Positions 61,138-64,000 of a stretch of DNA of 64,000 nt are shown in pieces. This DNA comes from Folioceros fuciformis. Taxonomy: Eukaryota. Position numbers and translations under genes: made by a program. How positions within the stretch are numbered: the first letter of the stretch is position 1; each line of letters begins with the position of its first letter. The DNA is taken from the NCBI GenBank assembly GCA_049999805.1, contig JBNGIO010006064.1, positions 1 to 64,000 of the forward strand, written 5' to 3'. The notes under the pieces were generated by a model. It saw only the letters and a list, made by a program, of their open reading frames with translations. It made no database searches and was not told where the DNA came from.

Positions 61138-64000
61138 ATGGCAGCAGCCAGCATCACCATCAACGTGATGCTGGCTATCCACGCGAAGCGCACCACGAGT
61201 GTAGACATGTACAAGCCGCTGCGGCAGTACATCGTGGCGCACTACTCGGAGCGGGAGGCGCAGGATCTGGAGGAGGATCTGCAGCTGGTGCAGCAGATGC
61301 GCAGCGAGGTGGACAAGGCAGGGGACACGCTGGAAGCGAGGAGGGATCTGCTGCAACGCTACTTCCGTGCGCTCACGGTGATGGAGTCTCGCTTCCCCAT
61401 CTCCACCGAGAGGGAGCACGTGAACACGCTCGTCTTCACCTGGTACGACGCCTTCAAGCAGGGGAGGAAGGCTTCTCAGCACAACATACACTTTGAGAAG
61501 GCCGCCATCGCCTTCAACCTGGGTGCGGTGCATTCGCAGCTGGCACTGTCCGCCGACAGGACCTCGGCGGCCGGGCTGAAGCAGGCCTGCAATGCCTTCA
61601 TGTCGGCGGCGGGAGCCTTCGCCTTCCTGCGGGATCACGTGTCCATGAAGGCGTCGGGCCCGGCGTCGACGCTGGACATCACCGTCGAGTGCGCGGGGAT
61701 GCTGGAGCGCCTCATGCTGGCGCAGGCGCAGGAGTGCTTCTTCGAGAAGGTGCTGGCGGACAGCAAGCCGGCCTCGCTCTGCTCCAAGGTGGCCAAGCAT
61801 GTGGGGCTGTACTACGAGGAGGCGTACGCGGCGCTGGTGCTGCCGCCCTTGAACCAGCATTTCGACAGGACCTGGGTGGCTCATGTGCAGCTCAAGGCGG
61901 CGCAGTTCCAGGCCGAGGCCTGCTACCGCGCGGCTCTGGATCTGCACGAGAAGGAGGAGATAGCGGAGGAGATTGCTAGGCTCAGGGTCGCTAGCGGGTT
62001 GCTGGCGGAGGCACGGAAAGCGGCCAAGGGGGTTGTGAATCCGCTGCTGGATGCCGTGGCTAAGCTCGAGGGGAATGTGAATCGGAAGCTGGAGGTGGCC
62101 GTGAAGGAGAACGACAGGGTTTACCTGCAGCGGGTGCCTAATCCCGATTCGCTTCCGCCACTGCCTGCGGCGTCTCTGGTGAAATCCGCGTCCTTGGTCG
62201 ATGTTCTTGATGCCAGTAAGGAGAGGATGTTTGCCAGCTTGGTGCCGGATAGCAGCGCCAAGGCCTTGTCCAAGTACACGGAGATGGTGGATGATATCAT
62301 CAGGGCGCAGGCTGAGAAGCTGCAGCAGGAGAGCGATATCACTAGGGTGAAGCTGAGGGAGATGGATTTACCCGACTCGCTTCTTGCCCTAGAGGGCAGT
62401 GCGAGCCTGCCGGAGCAACTGAGGGAAGACGTGGAGGCCGTGCAAATTGATGGTTGCCCGGCGGGGTTGGAGACGGAGCTGAAGCAGTTGAAGGATCTGA
62501 GGCGGGTGAATGAAGAGCTCCTGGCTCAGACCGAGGAGCTCTTGGAGAAGGAGGCGAGAGAGGACGCTCAGATCCGGGCGCAGTTCGGTACTCGTTGGAA
62601 CAGACCGCAGTCCAGCATTCTGACGAAGAATTTGCGCGATCGTGCCAACGGCTTCGCTGGTAACCTGAAGCAGGCGGGGGACAGCGACGCCAAGATTGAG
62701 CGCAGCGTTAGGGACCATTATCCTGTCATGGGAATCCTGGATACTAGGCCGGTAACTCCTTGTCCTGTCGTCTCACTCGGCCACTTGCACTTGCTCAGGA
62801 GGTCTCCAAAGTGTTGGAATGAAGTGTTCTGAATGGTTGGTTGGGTCTCCTTGATGTGCAGATCGAGGCAGCTTTACCCAGCTTGGGCAGACCAATCATG
62901 TCCCTCAACAGCGACGAGGACTCTATAGTTGGTACTTTGCGTCAGCAACTGGTATGCAACTACTTCTTCTCTGCCTGAGCTGGGTCCACTTTCCTTCACC
63001 TTTTTCTCCCCTATATCTCGGCTGTTTCTCTTCTCCAGGGAGAACTGGAGATGCTTGGTTCCCAGCGAGCAGGGATCGAGGACATGCTAAAGGAGATGAA
63101 AAGAAAGGTCGGTACCAGCCCGTTTTGCCCTCGCCGTTGACGATCATGTAGTTTGGTTGCCTGCTCGCTACGGGTACAGTGAAGCTGACCAAGTTCTTGC
63201 CATTTCTGCAGGACAACATTCTTCCGAAGCTCATGACAACCTCTGGCTCGTACGAGGATCTGTTTAAGAAGGAACTGGCCAAGTACGACCCCATTTGTTT
63301 AGAAGTGAAGAGGAATGTGGAATCCCAGGACAGACTTCTTCAGCAGATTAAGGTGAGAGCAGGAGTTGTGTTTTAGGAGGTGCGCTTGGTCAGCTCGTCA
63401 TTCTCTTCGCAATCTGACCGTGATAGTGCCCGAACAGAGCACAAATCATGTGTTCGCATCGACTTTCAACTTGGATGACTATAACGGTAAGAAGCACCTT
63501 TTCTTGGCAGCCATCTCCCCTCCCCTCACCTATTACACGACTTGCATCGAGTTCTGATGATGCATCCTCTGTGTTGCCTGCCTCGTTTATAGCTGCCAAA
63601 GATCGGGTGCTGAAGCAGATCACAGTTGCGGTTGCCAAGTATCGGGAGATCCGGGACAACATCAATGAAGGCCTGAAATTCTACGTCGCTCTTCAAGTGA
63701 GTGTGCCTTCGCACTCATTAATGACCGAGACATTTCCAAGGCAGGCCAGCCATCATGATTCGTTTTAATCGGCCGCGCGCGTTTTGTGCTGCAGGATGCC
63801 ATCAACAAATTGAACCAACAGTGCAGTGACTTCGTAATGACACGCAGCATTCAGTCGCGGGAATTGATTGACGATCTGCAGCGACAAGTGGCTGGACTAT
63901 CCTTGGGCAGCAGTGGTGGCAACGGCATCAAGAACCCGGATCCCAGGGACAGCAGCAGTGCGTACCCAGCTGTTGGACAGCCTCCTCAGAGACCAGCTCC
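61138..64000 (+). CDS. ALIX: ALIX/BRO1 ESCRT accessory protein, 3'-partial
   Basis: BRO1 domain (LYKPLRQYI-like, FTWYDAF, FEKAAIAFNLGA, MLAQAQECFFEK, KENDRVY) followed by V-domain exons (DNILPKLMTT, NINEGLKFYVALQ). The first exon ends at 62751. Confidence 0.95.

Noticed and set aside
60868-61947. 359-aa antisense ORF (also 32461-33375 and similar)
   Set aside because: These are shadow frames of GC-rich real CDSs (ALIX, LON_N) with no recognisable motifs.

Overview
Eukaryotic nuclear DNA from a land plant, most likely seed-free (fern/lycophyte-like, inferred from the Copia gag and PLS-PPR style). It has two compartments. (1) About 1-14 kb is decayed, nested transposon DNA: at least four Ty1/Copia pieces, a Gypsy RT scrap and an assembly gap. 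(2) About 14.5-64 kb is a gene-dense block with short introns: PRP40, an uncharacterised EF-hand gene, PP6/FyPP, an S28 Pro-X carboxypeptidase, a LON_N-domain protein, VPS50, a PLS-E PPR, DNA polymerase epsilon catalytic subunit, CRR1 and ALIX/BRO1. The most notable object is a decayed DNA element at about 160-6522. It pairs a Sola-like transposase (minus strand, truncated) with a divergently oriented, intron-containing gene of about 1200 codons that fuses a ParB/Srx-like domain to a prokaryotic-type beta-class N4-cytosine/N6-adenine DNA methyltransferase. The element also carries nine copies of a 22-bp palindrome (GTGCGCCGGT-NN-ACCGGCGCAC). All family calls come from motif recognition by eye; no searches were run.
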